A stretch of 64,000 bases of DNA from Lysobacterales bacterium (GCA_030065125.1 JASJDM010000006.1:1-64000); one strand, 5' to 3'. Shown: positions 40,181-50,500, counted from the first letter of the stretch. Notes: generated from the letters alone by a model not told the origin. Made by a program: numbers and translations.

Positions 40181-40600
40181 ACACCCCCGAATCAACCAGA
40201 AGCTGCCAGACCGCGGCCCCTCCGGGTTCCCTGCGCCGGGATTTAATTCCTACAAATATATTTCTAATCAATTGGTTACAAACCGTTTCGTGACCGGGAC
40301 CTCAAAGCTCGGCAGAATGTAACTGTTTTTTCTGAAAATTTAACAAGATATTGGTATGATCTACTTCCAACATCACAGGATGTTGGGTACCGGCGTCATC
40401 GATTCTGGAACTTCAAAACGGCCGAACCAATCGAAAGGGGCAGACCGATTCTCGGCCTCCAGAGGCACTCCTCCCCCAATTTCCTACCCTCCCGGCGCGG
40501 CCCTGCGGGCCGAACCCGACAGATTTCATGATCTGTTCGTCAGGATGGCGCGGAAATTGCTTGCTTCAAGACAGAGACCGGATTAACCGAGATAATAATT

Positions 40601-40858
40601 ATGAAAGAGGCGATCCAAAACTGCAGCTGTGGCAGACAAAGTGGTCAGGTCAATTTTGGGCTCCTGCTTGGAGGCGTTGCCGTAGGAGCCCTGGCCGGCC
40701 TGATTTTCCTGCCACTTACCGCCCTGTTCCTGGGCGTTCTGGCCATTTTGTACATCACCAGGGCCGTCATCCGATGGGCGTCCGGCGGTTCGAAAGGACA
40801 GCCAAGCCTGGAAATGACAGCCATCACCCAGGAACTGTCGGCAGCGTCAAAAAAATGA
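40601..40858 (+). CDS. small membrane protein with CSCGR motif, paralog 2 (unknown family)
   Basis: 85 aa. MKEAIQNCSCGR followed by a hydrophobic hairpin (GLLLGGVAVGALAGLIFLPLTALFLGVLAILYIT). Homologous to 39884..40126 at both protein and nucleotide level (ATGAAAGAGGCGATC versus GTGAGGGAGGCAATA). Preceded by an AT-rich promoter-like island and a structured roughly 240-nt leader. Confidence 0.6.
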   Translation: MKEAIQNCSCGRQSGQVNFGLLLGGVAVGALAGLIFLPLTALFLGVLAILYITRAVIRWASGGSKGQPSLEMTAITQELSAASKK

Positions 40859-40976
40859 CGTAACCGCGCCAGGCCACACCGTCCGACTCCGGCGGGCGGG
40901 AAAACCACCTGCCCGGCCTCGCATTCCAACGTGAGCTGGGCTATAAACGTCGGCTTTCCCATGTCCAAGGCCGACC

Positions 40977-41792
40977 ATGCCCGAATCACATCTCCTCTCT
41001 GATCGCGTCCGAATTGAAATCGCCGACGGTGTTGCCGACGTCCGGTTGTGGCGACCCGACAAGCTTAACGCCCTGGACCAGGCCATGTTTGACGGGCTGA
41101 TGGCGGCTGCTGATCAGCTGTCCGGCACCCCCGGTCTGAGGGCAGTGGTCCTCTCCGGTGAAGGCCGATCGTTCTGTGCGGGCCTTGATATCAACGACCT
41201 GGCGGCCCAGCAGATTGGCCCGGAAGGGATCAAGGCGATGCTGCAGCCGGCAGAGGGTCAGCTGGCCAACCGTTTTCAACGGGTTGCTTACGACTGGAAA
41301 CAGCTGCCGGTGCCGGTGATCGCCGCGCTGCGGGGACATGTGTTTGGCGGCGGCCTGCAAATAGCGCTTGGGGCAGACATCCGCTACGCCGCCCCCGACG
41401 CGCGGCTGTCGGTCATGGAAATCCAGTGGGGAATCATTCCGGACATGGCGGGCAGCCAGACCCTGCGTGATCTGGTGCGTATCGACATCGCTCGGGAACT
41501 GACCTATTCCGGCCGCCGGATAGACGCAGAAGAGGCCGCCCGGATCGGCCTGGTCACCCGCCTGTGCGAAGACCCGCTGGCCGAGGCCCTGTCCACCGCG
41601 ACGGCTATTGCCAGTCGCAATCCCGACGCCATTCGGGCTGCCAAGCAACTTTTCAATCAGGCCTGGCATGGCGATGAGGCCGAAGGCCTGGCCCTGGAAC
41701 GCCAACTTCAGACAAACCTCCTGGGATCACCCAACCAGATGGAGGCCGTCATGGCCGGGATACAGAATCGCCCGGCCCGATTCCAGGACTAG
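40977..41792 (+). CDS. enoyl-CoA hydratase/isomerase (crotonase) family protein
   Basis: 271 aa with crotonase-fold motifs (AVVLSGEGRSFCAGLDI, and GHVFGGGLQIALGADIRYA forming the oxyanion hole). Confidence 0.88.
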   Translation: MPESHLLSDRVRIEIADGVADVRLWRPDKLNALDQAMFDGLMAAADQLSGTPGLRAVVLSGEGRSFCAGLDINDLAAQQIGPEGIKAMLQPAEGQLANRFQRVAYDWKQLPVPVIAALRGHVFGGGLQIALGADIRYAAPDARLSVMEIQWGIIPDMAGSQTLRDLVRIDIARELTYSGRRIDAEEAARIGLVTRLCEDPLAEALSTATAIASRNPDAIRAAKQLFNQAWHGDEAEGLALERQLQTNLLGSPNQMEAVMAGIQNRPARFQD

Positions 41793-41855
41793 CAGTCGGT
41801 CGGACTTAGGGAATCGAGGGGGAATCCTGGCTGCCTTTTTGCGGTCCAAGCATCC

Positions 41856-42539
41856 ATGGGATTGATCATTGTTGCATTGATACTGGTCATACTGGTGTTT
41901 GGCCCGAGCATCTGGGTGCAGCGGGTACTGAAGAAATACGCGGCCCCGGAGGACCGATACCCCGGCACCGGCGGCGAGCTGGCGCGGCACCTGCTGGACG
42001 GGCTGGATATGCAGTCCGTCCAGGTGGAAACCACCGAGGCCGGCGACCACTACGATCCGCTGGAAAAAGTGGTTCGCCTGACGCCCGACAAATTCAACGG
42101 TCGCTCCCTGACCGCCATTACCGTGGCCGCCCACGAGGTCGGACACGCCCTGCAGGATCGGGACGCATACGCCCCGCTGAGAATGCGCACCCGGCTGGTG
42201 CAGATGGCGCAGCCCGCGGAAAAGGCCGGCGCCGCCCTGCTGATGGCCGCACCTTTCCTGGTGATGTTGACCCGGGCTCCGGGGGCCGGCGGTCTGATGC
42301 TGTTGGGCGGCCTGCTGACCCTGGGCACCAGCACCCTGGTCCACCTGGTCACCCTGCCGACAGAACTGGACGCGAGCTTCAGGCGTGCCCTGCCCCTGCT
42401 GGTTCACGGCGAATACCTGGTGCCCGGCGATGAACGCCATGCGCGCCGGCTGCTGACCGCGGCCGCCCTGACCTATGTCTCGGGCTCACTCATGAGCCTG
42501 CTCAACATCGGCCGCTGGTGGGCCATCCTCCGACGGTAG
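41856..42539 (+). CDS. YugP-like zinc metallopeptidase (Zn_peptidase_2 family) membrane protein
   Basis: N-terminal transmembrane segment. HEVGHALQ zinc-binding motif. C-terminal transmembrane segments. 227 aa. Confidence 0.8.
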   Translation: MGLIIVALILVILVFGPSIWVQRVLKKYAAPEDRYPGTGGELARHLLDGLDMQSVQVETTEAGDHYDPLEKVVRLTPDKFNGRSLTAITVAAHEVGHALQDRDAYAPLRMRTRLVQMAQPAEKAGAALLMAAPFLVMLTRAPGAGGLMLLGGLLTLGTSTLVHLVTLPTELDASFRRALPLLVHGEYLVPGDERHARRLLTAAALTYVSGSLMSLLNIGRWWAILRR

Positions 42540-42623
42540 GTTGTCGGGTCCAAAACCGCCCTGTGCCGGGTAGTTTTCTGGGTCCAAAACCGGCCATCCA
42601 TGGCCCAGTTTTCAACGTCACGC

Positions 42624-44339
42624 CTACCAGCCGCCGCCGCCGCCGCCACCGCCGCCGCCACCGGAAAATCCCCCGCCGCCGGAACCGGAGCTGGACCCGG
42701 GCGGGGTGGACGACGAGGAGATGGAGCTGGCCAGGCTGGACGACAGACCGCTGACGCTCTTGGAAATATTGCTGGCGGATACCGGACCCCGCCCCGTGTA
42801 CCAGCCCCGATCCCGCAGCTCTCCAGCCTGTTCCATCCGGGTCAGGACACTTTCGAAGCGATCCACCCAGGTATTGGCGCAGTCCAGCGCCACCGCAAAG
42901 GGCAGCAGCTTCTCGAACTCCTCGAAAGTCCTGGGCGGTTCTTTCTGCCGCTCCAGGTCCTGGCGTTCAGCAACACCCAGGTAAAGCCGCAGTCCCTCGA
43001 TGTGGTCCATCAGCTTGCGTCCCCGCATGGTGGGCGCCTTCATCCAGCCAATGAACAGCAGGTTGGTTGGCAGCAGAATGGCGACCGCAATGAAGCCCGA
43101 GGGATTGGCGAACCCGCCGAGCAGCGCCATCACCACAATGACCAGCACGGACAGGCCTGCCCCGATCAGGATCTTGTCGCTGTTGCGGACGAAGTACTTT
43201 CGGTCGTAGTCATGGGCCAGGGCTTTTTTCTGGCCGTCCAGGGCAGACTTGATCTTCTTGTGATTGTCGTCCTCGAACACCAGCTTTCGCTTGCGCGACA
43301 GCAACCTCGAATAGATGGCCCGCTCCCCGGGCGCAAACTCGACGGTGGGGCCGTCAGCATCCATTTTCTGGACAAAGAACTTCTTGCTCAGCCAGCCGCC
43401 CTCCTGGCCAATGCGTACCTTGTCCTTGACCGCCAGGTTGACCAGCGCCGCCGCCATGCAGGTGGAGTCGTACTTCATGCGCCACACGTACCGCAGGGAG
43501 GCCGGCGAGTAACCCTCGGGAGGCTCATAACGCGGAATGACGATACCCGCGGCGGGGTCCTTGCCCACCCGCCGCCAGGCGTTGATAAAGAACCAGAACA
43601 CGCCGGCGATGCCAATCAGCCCGGCCAGTATGGCCAAGTTATCCTTCAGCAGTCGCATGAAGCGGTCCCCGCCCGTGGGTTCCTGGACCAGGCCCTTGGG
43701 AAATGCCACGACCACGGTCAGCCCCGAGTAAACACCCAGGCCCCGGGTGGTCATAAACTCGATCACGCCGGGTTCGCTTACCCGGGCCCGGTAATCCTGG
43801 GCGGTGGACCCCTGTGGGCCGGTAAACGCGTCCAGCTGCAGGTCCTCCTGGCTCACCGCTGCCGGCAACCGCACCGTGGCGCTGGCCTGCTGAATCCTGA
43901 ATCCCCAACCATTGCCGGTAACGTTCCAGTAGAGTTCGTCATAGCCGTCAAAAAACCCCAGCTGATAACGGGTCCGGTATCGAATGGTGTAACGATAGCG
44001 GCCGGGAGTCAGAAAGCGGTCGGCCTGGCCCAGGTAAATCCGCACCCCGTTCTGATAATCCTCCACCCGGAAGTTCTCGGTGCTGCCGTCCCGGGTGGCC
44101 TCCAGCATGGAAAACTCCACGTTGACCTTGTACCCCGAAGTGCTGCGGTAGCGGGTCGGGAAATCACGGTAGATACCGCGCCGGATCTGGCTGCCCTCGG
44201 CGTCCACGGTAATCGTCTCCACCACCTCCATGGAGCCATCGACAGACACGGAGATGTCGCTGTGGAACGAGACAATCTGCTCCTCGGCCATGGCCCCGAA
44301 GCTGACCAGGCACAGCAGCAGAAGCAGGCCGCGCCTCAT
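42624..44339 (-). CDS. DUF2207 domain membrane protein with a poly-Gly C-terminal tail
   Basis: 571 aa with a signal peptide, an extracytoplasmic DUF2207 region, internal transmembrane segments and the tail GGGFSGGGGGGGGGGGW. Overlaps the lemA stop by 4 nt. Confidence 0.8.
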   Translation of the reverse strand: MRRGLLLLLCLVSFGAMAEEQIVSFHSDISVSVDGSMEVVETITVDAEGSQIRRGIYRDFPTRYRSTSGYKVNVEFSMLEATRDGSTENFRVEDYQNGVRIYLGQADRFLTPGRYRYTIRYRTRYQLGFFDGYDELYWNVTGNGWGFRIQQASATVRLPAAVSQEDLQLDAFTGPQGSTAQDYRARVSEPGVIEFMTTRGLGVYSGLTVVVAFPKGLVQEPTGGDRFMRLLKDNLAILAGLIGIAGVFWFFINAWRRVGKDPAAGIVIPRYEPPEGYSPASLRYVWRMKYDSTCMAAALVNLAVKDKVRIGQEGGWLSKKFFVQKMDADGPTVEFAPGERAIYSRLLSRKRKLVFEDDNHKKIKSALDGQKKALAHDYDRKYFVRNSDKILIGAGLSVLVIVVMALLGGFANPSGFIAVAILLPTNLLFIGWMKAPTMRGRKLMDHIEGLRLYLGVAERQDLERQKEPPRTFEEFEKLLPFAVALDCANTWVDRFESVLTRMEQAGELRDRGWYTGRGPVSASNISKSVSGLSSSLASSISSSSTPPGSSSGSGGGGFSGGGGGGGGGGGW

Positions 44340-44893
44340 GACTTTGCGCCCACGTCAACCGGTCCGCGCGCGCCTGACTCTGCCTGAAAAAAGGCGGCGG
44401 TGCCGAATCCGAACGGCGACGCGATCAGACGATCCGGGAACCGTTCAACGCGGATATTGAGGTCCCGGACCGCACCGTTGTAGAAGCGCCGCGCGTACTG
44501 CAGATGGTCTTCGATATCCACCAGGTCCTCGGACAGACCGGCAAAGTTCTCACCCGCCTTCAGATCCGGATAGGCTTCGGCCAGCGCCATCAGCTGGTGA
44601 ATTGAGGCATCCAGGCTTTTCTCCAACCCGGAGATCTCGTCCACGGAAGTGGCCCGCAGCGCCTGGTCCCGCTGGGCAATCACGGCCTCCAGAGTGTCTT
44701 TTTCGTGATCCGCGTAGGCCTTGACCACCTTCACCAGCCGCGGCACCAGGTCGTGCCGTCTCTGCAGCTGCACGTCGATATCGGACCACGCCGCCGACAC
44801 CAGGTTTCGCGCCTTGACCAGCCCGTTGAACAGCCATGCCAGGCCGGCTGCCGCCAGCAGCATCACCAGGAATATGATCCATGCCAGGTCCAC
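44336..44893 (-). CDS. lemA: LemA family protein
   Basis: 185 aa. N-terminal transmembrane segment followed by the conserved LemA region (NGLVKARNLVSAAWSDIDVQLQRRHDLVPRLV). Confidence 0.88.
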   Translation of the reverse strand: MDLAWIIFLVMLLAAAGLAWLFNGLVKARNLVSAAWSDIDVQLQRRHDLVPRLVKVVKAYADHEKDTLEAVIAQRDQALRATSVDEISGLEKSLDASIHQLMALAEAYPDLKAGENFAGLSEDLVDIEDHLQYARRFYNGAVRDLNIRVERFPDRLIASPFGFGTAAFFQAESGARGPVDVGAKS

Positions 44894-45027
44894 CGTCTTG
44901 TCTCTCCTCCGCCTGATTTCAGGCCAGTAACGGCCTCAAGAATATTCCCGAAAGGCCGGTGATTCCAAAGGTTTTGTGGTTCTGGCCGATAACCATACCT
45001 GAGTAACACTGCGGAAACGGCTCCATC

Positions 45028-46758
45028 ATGAGTGGATTGAAACCCTGGGTATTTGCCTGGCTGCTGGCATCGCTGCTGCACTGTCCGGTCGTGGCGAAGA
45101 CCATTTCCGTGGACGGTGACCCGGTGGACTGGACGCTGTCTGCGCCTATCTCCAGTAACCTGGCGCACATCGTGCGCGATGCCTCGGGAGAAGGAGAGTT
45201 CATCTGGCGGGACGTCCAAAGCGACGCCAGGACCGACTTCTTCAGCCCGGAGTCCGACGCAGAAATGCGGGAATTCCGGGTCACAGGAGATGCCGGCACG
45301 CTGTATTTCCTGGTTGAGCTGTCCGACATCACCCAGGTTTCGGGCTCCGGCTCGGTCCAGGTGCAGATCGGGCTCGACATGGACCAGGTGCCGGGGTCGG
45401 GCCAGGCGGTGTTTGCCGGTCTGTCCGATACCGGCCTGACCGCCGATGCGGCCTGGGAATACCTGCTGGTCACCCGGCTGGGTTCGGGCAATGCTGTTCC
45501 CCATCTTTTCGACACCGGTTTTACCCCTGCACCGCTGGGGAACGCGGCGGTCAGCGATACCCATGACGTGATCGAAATAGCACTGCCGTGGACCGCCCTG
45601 GGCCTGTCGGGTCCGCCGGCAGGTCCAGTGCGCCTGTCGGTGGCCGTATTCCGCTCCGACATCAGCGACCAGACCCTGGACATTGCGGCCAGTTCCGACG
45701 CCCTGGACGTGGTTGCCAACAACGATTTTCCCGGCGCCAATCTCCCCACTACCAACGAGATGGGTGACGATTCACTGGACTACTTTGTCGATGTGTGGTT
45801 CGAAAGCGACGGTGATCCCATGTCGCCTCTGCACATCACCGCCTTCGAACCCGTGCCCGGAACCTTCAACGCCGCGGAATGGATCGAGGTCTACAACCGC
45901 AGCGGCCAAAGCATCGACCTGACCAGCTTCGCCACCGGGGACGAGGAAACCCCGGGCGCCACCGAGGGCATGTATCGCTTTCCTGCCGGCGCCGCAATCA
46001 GCCCGGGTGAGTTCCTGGTGGTCACCAGGGACGCTTTCGTGTTTGAGCTGGGCAACGGCTTCGACGCGGATTTCGAGATGGATGCCACCAGCGTCACCGT
46101 TCCGGATATGACGCCCGACGTGGTCTGGGCCACCGGTGCCTTTATCCTGGATGACGACATAGACGAGGTCATGCTGCTGGACCCCCAGCGCACCGTGCTG
46201 GATTCCATGGCCTACGGCGCTCCAAGGCTTCCGGGAGTCGGATTCCTAACGGACCCGACCCCGGGTCAGATTCAGTACCGCACCCCGGTGGACCGCGATC
46301 GCAACATGGCGGACGACTTCAGGCTGGTTGCGGTGGACCTGTCAATCAGCCTGACCAACAACACCACCCTGCTGCGGGACGGTGAGACCACCACCTACCA
46401 GGTCCAGGTATCCAACCAGGGGCCCGACGACGCCATCGGCGGCGAACTGGTCGCCGACCTGATTTCCGCGCTGATCATCACCGACAGTCAGTGCACCGCC
46501 AGCGACCCCGGCACCAGCTGCACGCCCCTGGACACCGGCAGCGGAACGGGCGGTTTTGACCTGCCCGTGGGAACCTCGGTGAGCTTCACTCTGACCGCCA
46601 CTGTCAATATTGCCGAGGATATTTTCGCCCGGCTGACCCTGCGCGCGGCACCGGACGCCACCGCCGGCGATCGCTTCGCCTCGGATAACGTGGCCGTGGA
46701 AAGTGACGGCATTCAGGCCGACGATATCTTCTCGGACAGCTTCGAGAGCGTGCTGTAG
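45028..46758 (+). CDS. secreted lamin-tail-domain (LTD) protein with a C-terminal DUF11-like repeat
   Basis: Signal peptide. LTD core ITAFEPVPGTFNAAEWIEVYNRSGQSIDLTSFATGDEE. C-terminal repeat with NQGPDDA. 576 aa. Confidence 0.7.
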   Translation: MSGLKPWVFAWLLASLLHCPVVAKTISVDGDPVDWTLSAPISSNLAHIVRDASGEGEFIWRDVQSDARTDFFSPESDAEMREFRVTGDAGTLYFLVELSDITQVSGSGSVQVQIGLDMDQVPGSGQAVFAGLSDTGLTADAAWEYLLVTRLGSGNAVPHLFDTGFTPAPLGNAAVSDTHDVIEIALPWTALGLSGPPAGPVRLSVAVFRSDISDQTLDIAASSDALDVVANNDFPGANLPTTNEMGDDSLDYFVDVWFESDGDPMSPLHITAFEPVPGTFNAAEWIEVYNRSGQSIDLTSFATGDEETPGATEGMYRFPAGAAISPGEFLVVTRDAFVFELGNGFDADFEMDATSVTVPDMTPDVVWATGAFILDDDIDEVMLLDPQRTVLDSMAYGAPRLPGVGFLTDPTPGQIQYRTPVDRDRNMADDFRLVAVDLSISLTNNTTLLRDGETTTYQVQVSNQGPDDAIGGELVADLISALIITDSQCTASDPGTSCTPLDTGSGTGGFDLPVGTSVSFTLTATVNIAEDIFARLTLRAAPDATAGDRFASDNVAVESDGIQADDIFSDSFESVL

Positions 46759-46973
46759 GCTTTCAGTCGGTCAGGTATTGACCGAAAATAATCAGAAAAT
46801 CAAGGGTCTAATGGCCCTTGTGATAGGCATCAGAACCTCGTATAGTCGCGGCTCGCTGCGATTGAGTTATGCGGCTGTGGGCTCACGCCTTGGAATTTCC
46901 AATCCGCCTGTACCACCTTCCCGTACCACAAGCTCGGCGACTCCGAAATAATCGGAGATTTTTTGTTTAGTTT

Positions 46974-47204
46974 ATGAGTAATACCGAAATGTCAGAAACC
47001 CAAACCGGAACCGTTAAGTGGTTCAACGATGAAAAAGGCTACGGCTTCATTCAGCGCGAAAACGGGAAGGACCTGTTCGTCCACTTCCGTTCCATCGTCG
47101 ACACCGGCCAGGGCCGGCGGACTCTGAAAGAGAACCAGGCTGTCGAATTCGTGGAAGTGGAAGGCCAGAAAGGCCCCCAGGCGGATCGCGTCGTACCTCT
47201 CTGA
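46974..47204 (+). CDS. cold-shock protein (CspA family)
   Basis: [15 protein letters not shown] (RNP1) and VHFRSI (RNP2). Preceded by a long AT-rich 5' leader of about 200 nt. Alternative start at MSETQ (46989). Confidence 0.93.
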   Translation: MSNTEMSETQTGTVKWFNDEKGYGFIQRENGKDLFVHFRSIVDTGQGRRTLKENQAVEFVEVEGQKGPQADRVVPL

Positions 47205-47211
47205 GCTTTGC

Positions 47212-47238
47212 AATCCGGCCCGCCCCGCGGGCCGGATT
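47212..47238 (+). terminator. GC-rich perfect hairpin between csp and the RRM gene (attenuator or partial terminator, no U-tract)
   Basis: AATCCGGCCCGC-ccc-GCGGGCCGGATT, a 12-bp perfect stem, 8 nt after the csp stop. Confidence 0.4.
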
Positions 47239-47250
47239 GATCCCCCTCCC

Positions 47251-47508
47251 ATGATGACCCTCTGCGTCAGTGGCCTGAGCGCCACCACCACCTACGAATC
47301 CCTGATTGGACTGTTCAGCCACTACGGACCGGTCCATCACCTCTGCCTGTCCGTGGCAGAAGGCAATCCAACCCCCGGGCAGTTTGCCCAGGTCCGCATG
47401 GATCACGACGCCGCGAGCCAGGCCAGGCGCCTGCTGGACGGCACCATCCTCGATGGTTACCCCATCAGCGTGAGCGTGGTTGAGCCGCTCGAACCGGCCC
47501 CTGCCTGA
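47251..47508 (+). CDS. small RNA-recognition-motif (RRM) RNA-binding protein
   Basis: 85 aa. LCVSGLSATTTYESLIGLFSHYGPV (RNP2-like) and FAQVRM (RNP1-like). A typical companion of csp genes. Confidence 0.65.
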   Translation: MMTLCVSGLSATTTYESLIGLFSHYGPVHHLCLSVAEGNPTPGQFAQVRMDHDAASQARRLLDGTILDGYPISVSVVEPLEPAPA

Positions 47509-47516
47509 TCACTCCG

Positions 47517-50500
47517 CTAACTGGCGGACTGACGCAGCAGGCCGATCTCAGCCTCCGTCACCTTCTGCCGGAATTCAGCAAGCTTTCCCTGCAGGAATTC
47601 GTTGAGCTGCTGGCGGCCCTGCTGCAGCGATTTTTCCGCCCGCTCGATGTAGACGCGGGCCGCCGGGCTGGGAGCGTCGAAGCTGGACGCCACGTAAAAG
47701 TAGGCACCGCCGATCAGGTTGTTCACCTGGTCGTCGTCGTACACGATGCCCTTGGTCCTTGGCGGTGTCCGAAACACCTTTTCCAGGTCGTCCAGGGCCT
47801 TGCGGATTTCACCAGCCTCTTTCTGCAGTTCCTTCAGCGCCTCGTCGTCCCGCTGCTTGATCAGCTTGATGACGGTGTCCACGTCGTCCCGGGCATGCAG
47901 GATCGTCTCCACCGCGTCCACCGCGGTACGCCGCAAATCCCGCACGGCCAGCAGGGTGCGATAGTTCTCCAGCCGGTCCTCGGCGGAATACGGTGAACGG
48001 GGGTCCGGTAAAACCGTGACCTCGGCGCTGTCTTCCTGTTCATCAAGGCTGAGGGTCACGCGATATTGCCCCGGAGGCACCTCGGGGCCGGGTGGCAGGC
48101 CGTCATCCTGGCTGCGCCCGGGGCCGCCGGTGGGCCGGGTGCCCTGGTCCGCCCCGGGCAGGCGCCTCACGCCGTCGGCCCTCAGGGGCCAGGTAATGCG
48201 ATTGATGCCCTGGTAGACGGGGTAGCGGTACTCCCTGACCGTTTCGTCATCCAGAGTCGTGACGGTCAGCTTGACCTTGACCGGCTTGTCCGGCTTGCTG
48301 CCGTTGTCCTCGGTCTCCTCGGACTCGATTTTGGCGTCGCGGCGGGCGATTTTACGGTCCCGCTCGAGTTCCTTATCCGGGTGCGCCAGGTCCTCTCCCG
48401 AAGCCATGAAGGTAATCATGACCCCGTAAGGCTCATTGGGTGCCCGGAATTCCCCCGACCCGGTGAACCGGGTCCCGGGTGTCTGGTTGGGATCATACTG
48501 CTGACCCGGTGTGGTGCTCAGGATCCTGAGCCGCTGGTCAAAATCTTCGGCCTCCAGCCCACGCAGTGCCGAGTAATCGTCCACCACGTAAACCGACCGG
48601 CCATGGGTGCCCAGCACCAGGTCGTCCTCCCGGGCCTGGATGGCCATATCCATGACCGACACCGTGGGAACCCCCGCCCGGAACGGGGTCCACTCATCGC
48701 CGCTGTCGGTGCTGAAGAACAGGCCAAACTCGGTTCCAAGGAACAGCAGTGACGGGTCCTCATGGTCCTGCAGGACCGAGTGCGCATAACCCCTCAGGTC
48801 CGAATCATCGGACAGGTTGCGCCATCGCTGGCCATAGTTTTCAGCGCGATACACATAGGTTGCCATATTGGACCGGCGGTGGTCGTCGAAGACCACGTGG
48901 GCCACCCCGGCCTCGTGGGGACTGGGATGGATCATGGGAACCCAGGTGCCCGCAGGCACGCCGCGGACGCGGCCGTCCACCCGGTTCCAGGTCTCACCAC
49001 CGTCGCGGGTCACGTGGATGCGGCCGTCATCGGTTCCCACCCAGAGCGTACCCTGGGCCACCGGGCTGGGCGCCATGGCGACGATGGACGTGTAGTTTTC
49101 TGCCGCGGTCACGTCTGGCGTGAGCCCGCCGGATTCCCGAAAGGTCTGGAATTCCGGGTTGTTGCTGGTGAGGTCGCCGCTGATCACCGTCCAGGACTCG
49201 CCCCGGTCGGTGGACTTGTGAACGTACTGGCTGCCGTAGTACACGGTATCCGGGTCGAACGGATCAAAGGCAAAACCTGCGCTCCAGTTGAACCGCAGGT
49301 CGCTGTCTTCTTCCGGCGGCGACGGACGCACCACTCGCCATTCACCGTTGTCCAGATCCCAGCGGTAGAGATTGCCGCCCTGGGACATGGAGTAGCCGGT
49401 CCGCGAATTCCTTGGATCCGGCACCGTGTCAAAGCCGTCGCCGAATCCCACCTCGCGCCAGTGGAAGTTCAGGATACCGCTGGTCTCCCAGAGCTCGGCG
49501 GGGCCGCGCCAGGACCCGTTGTCCTGCAGCCCGCCGTAGATATTGTAGGGATGATCGTTGTCCACCGCGATGTGGTAGAACTGGGCCAGTGGCAGGTTCC
49601 TGACGAAGCGCCAGGTTTCGCCGCGGTCCCGGGAAATACCCAACCCGCCGTCATTGCCGGTGATCAGGTGCCTGGGATCCGCCGGGTTGATCCAGAACGC
49701 ATGGTTGTCGATGTGAATGGTGTTGCTCGCGGCACAGCAGTTGATCGCCGGGAAAAACCGGAATGTTCTTCCCCCGTCGATGGAGACCCGCACCCGGGTG
49801 GAGACGTTGTAGACGCGGTTGGCGTCCACCGGGTCAGCAAACAGCTCCGTGTAGTAAAAAGGCCGGTCGGAGATGTTGTAATCGGTGTTGACCGTAGACC
49901 AGCTTTCGCCGCCATCATCGGACCGGATCACGGCACTTTTTTCCGCCTCCACCAGAGCCCACACCCGGCCTTTCTGCGCCGGTGATGGCGCAAATACCAT
50001 GCGTCCCAGTTCGCCCTTGGGCAGGCCGTCCTCGGTGGTTTTCTGCTGCCAGGTCTGACCACCGTCATAACTCAGGTACATGCCTGAGCCCGCCCCGCCG
50101 GACTTGAAATGGTAGGGCCAGCGGCGGAACTGCCACATGGCAGCGTAGACCTTGTCTGGATTATGGGGATCCAGCTTGACGTCGGTGGCGCCGGTGGTGT
50201 CGTCCACGTACAGCAGGCGTTCCCAGCTGCCGCCCGCATCAACCGTTTTGTACAGCCCCCTGTCCTCGTTGGGGCCCCACAGGGTGCCCAGGGCCGCCAC
50301 GTAGGCCACGTCGGGATCACGCGGATCCAGCGCTATGCGGTCGATCCTCTCGGTGCTCTCCAGCCCCACCAGCTTCCAGCTCCGCCCACCATCGATGGAC
50401 TTGTATACGCCGCCACCGATGGAGGTGGAGTTGCGTACATTGCTCTCGCCGGTACCAACCCAGATGATGTCGGGATTGGACTGGTTGATGGCCAGCGCGC

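Noticed and set aside
39773-40195. 140-aa minus-strand ORF antisense to small CSCGR gene 1 (and 40645..40989 antisense to gene 2)
   Set aside because: Gly/Pro/Arg-rich low-complexity translation with no start context. The + strand ORFs have an SD, a terminator and paralogy supporting them instead.
39884-40858. Interpretation of the two small hydrophobic proteins as holins or type-I toxins
   Set aside because: No phage, lysis or antitoxin-RNA context. Both are larger (80-85 aa) than typical type-I toxins and share a Cys-containing cytoplasmic motif. Kept as unknown-family membrane proteins.
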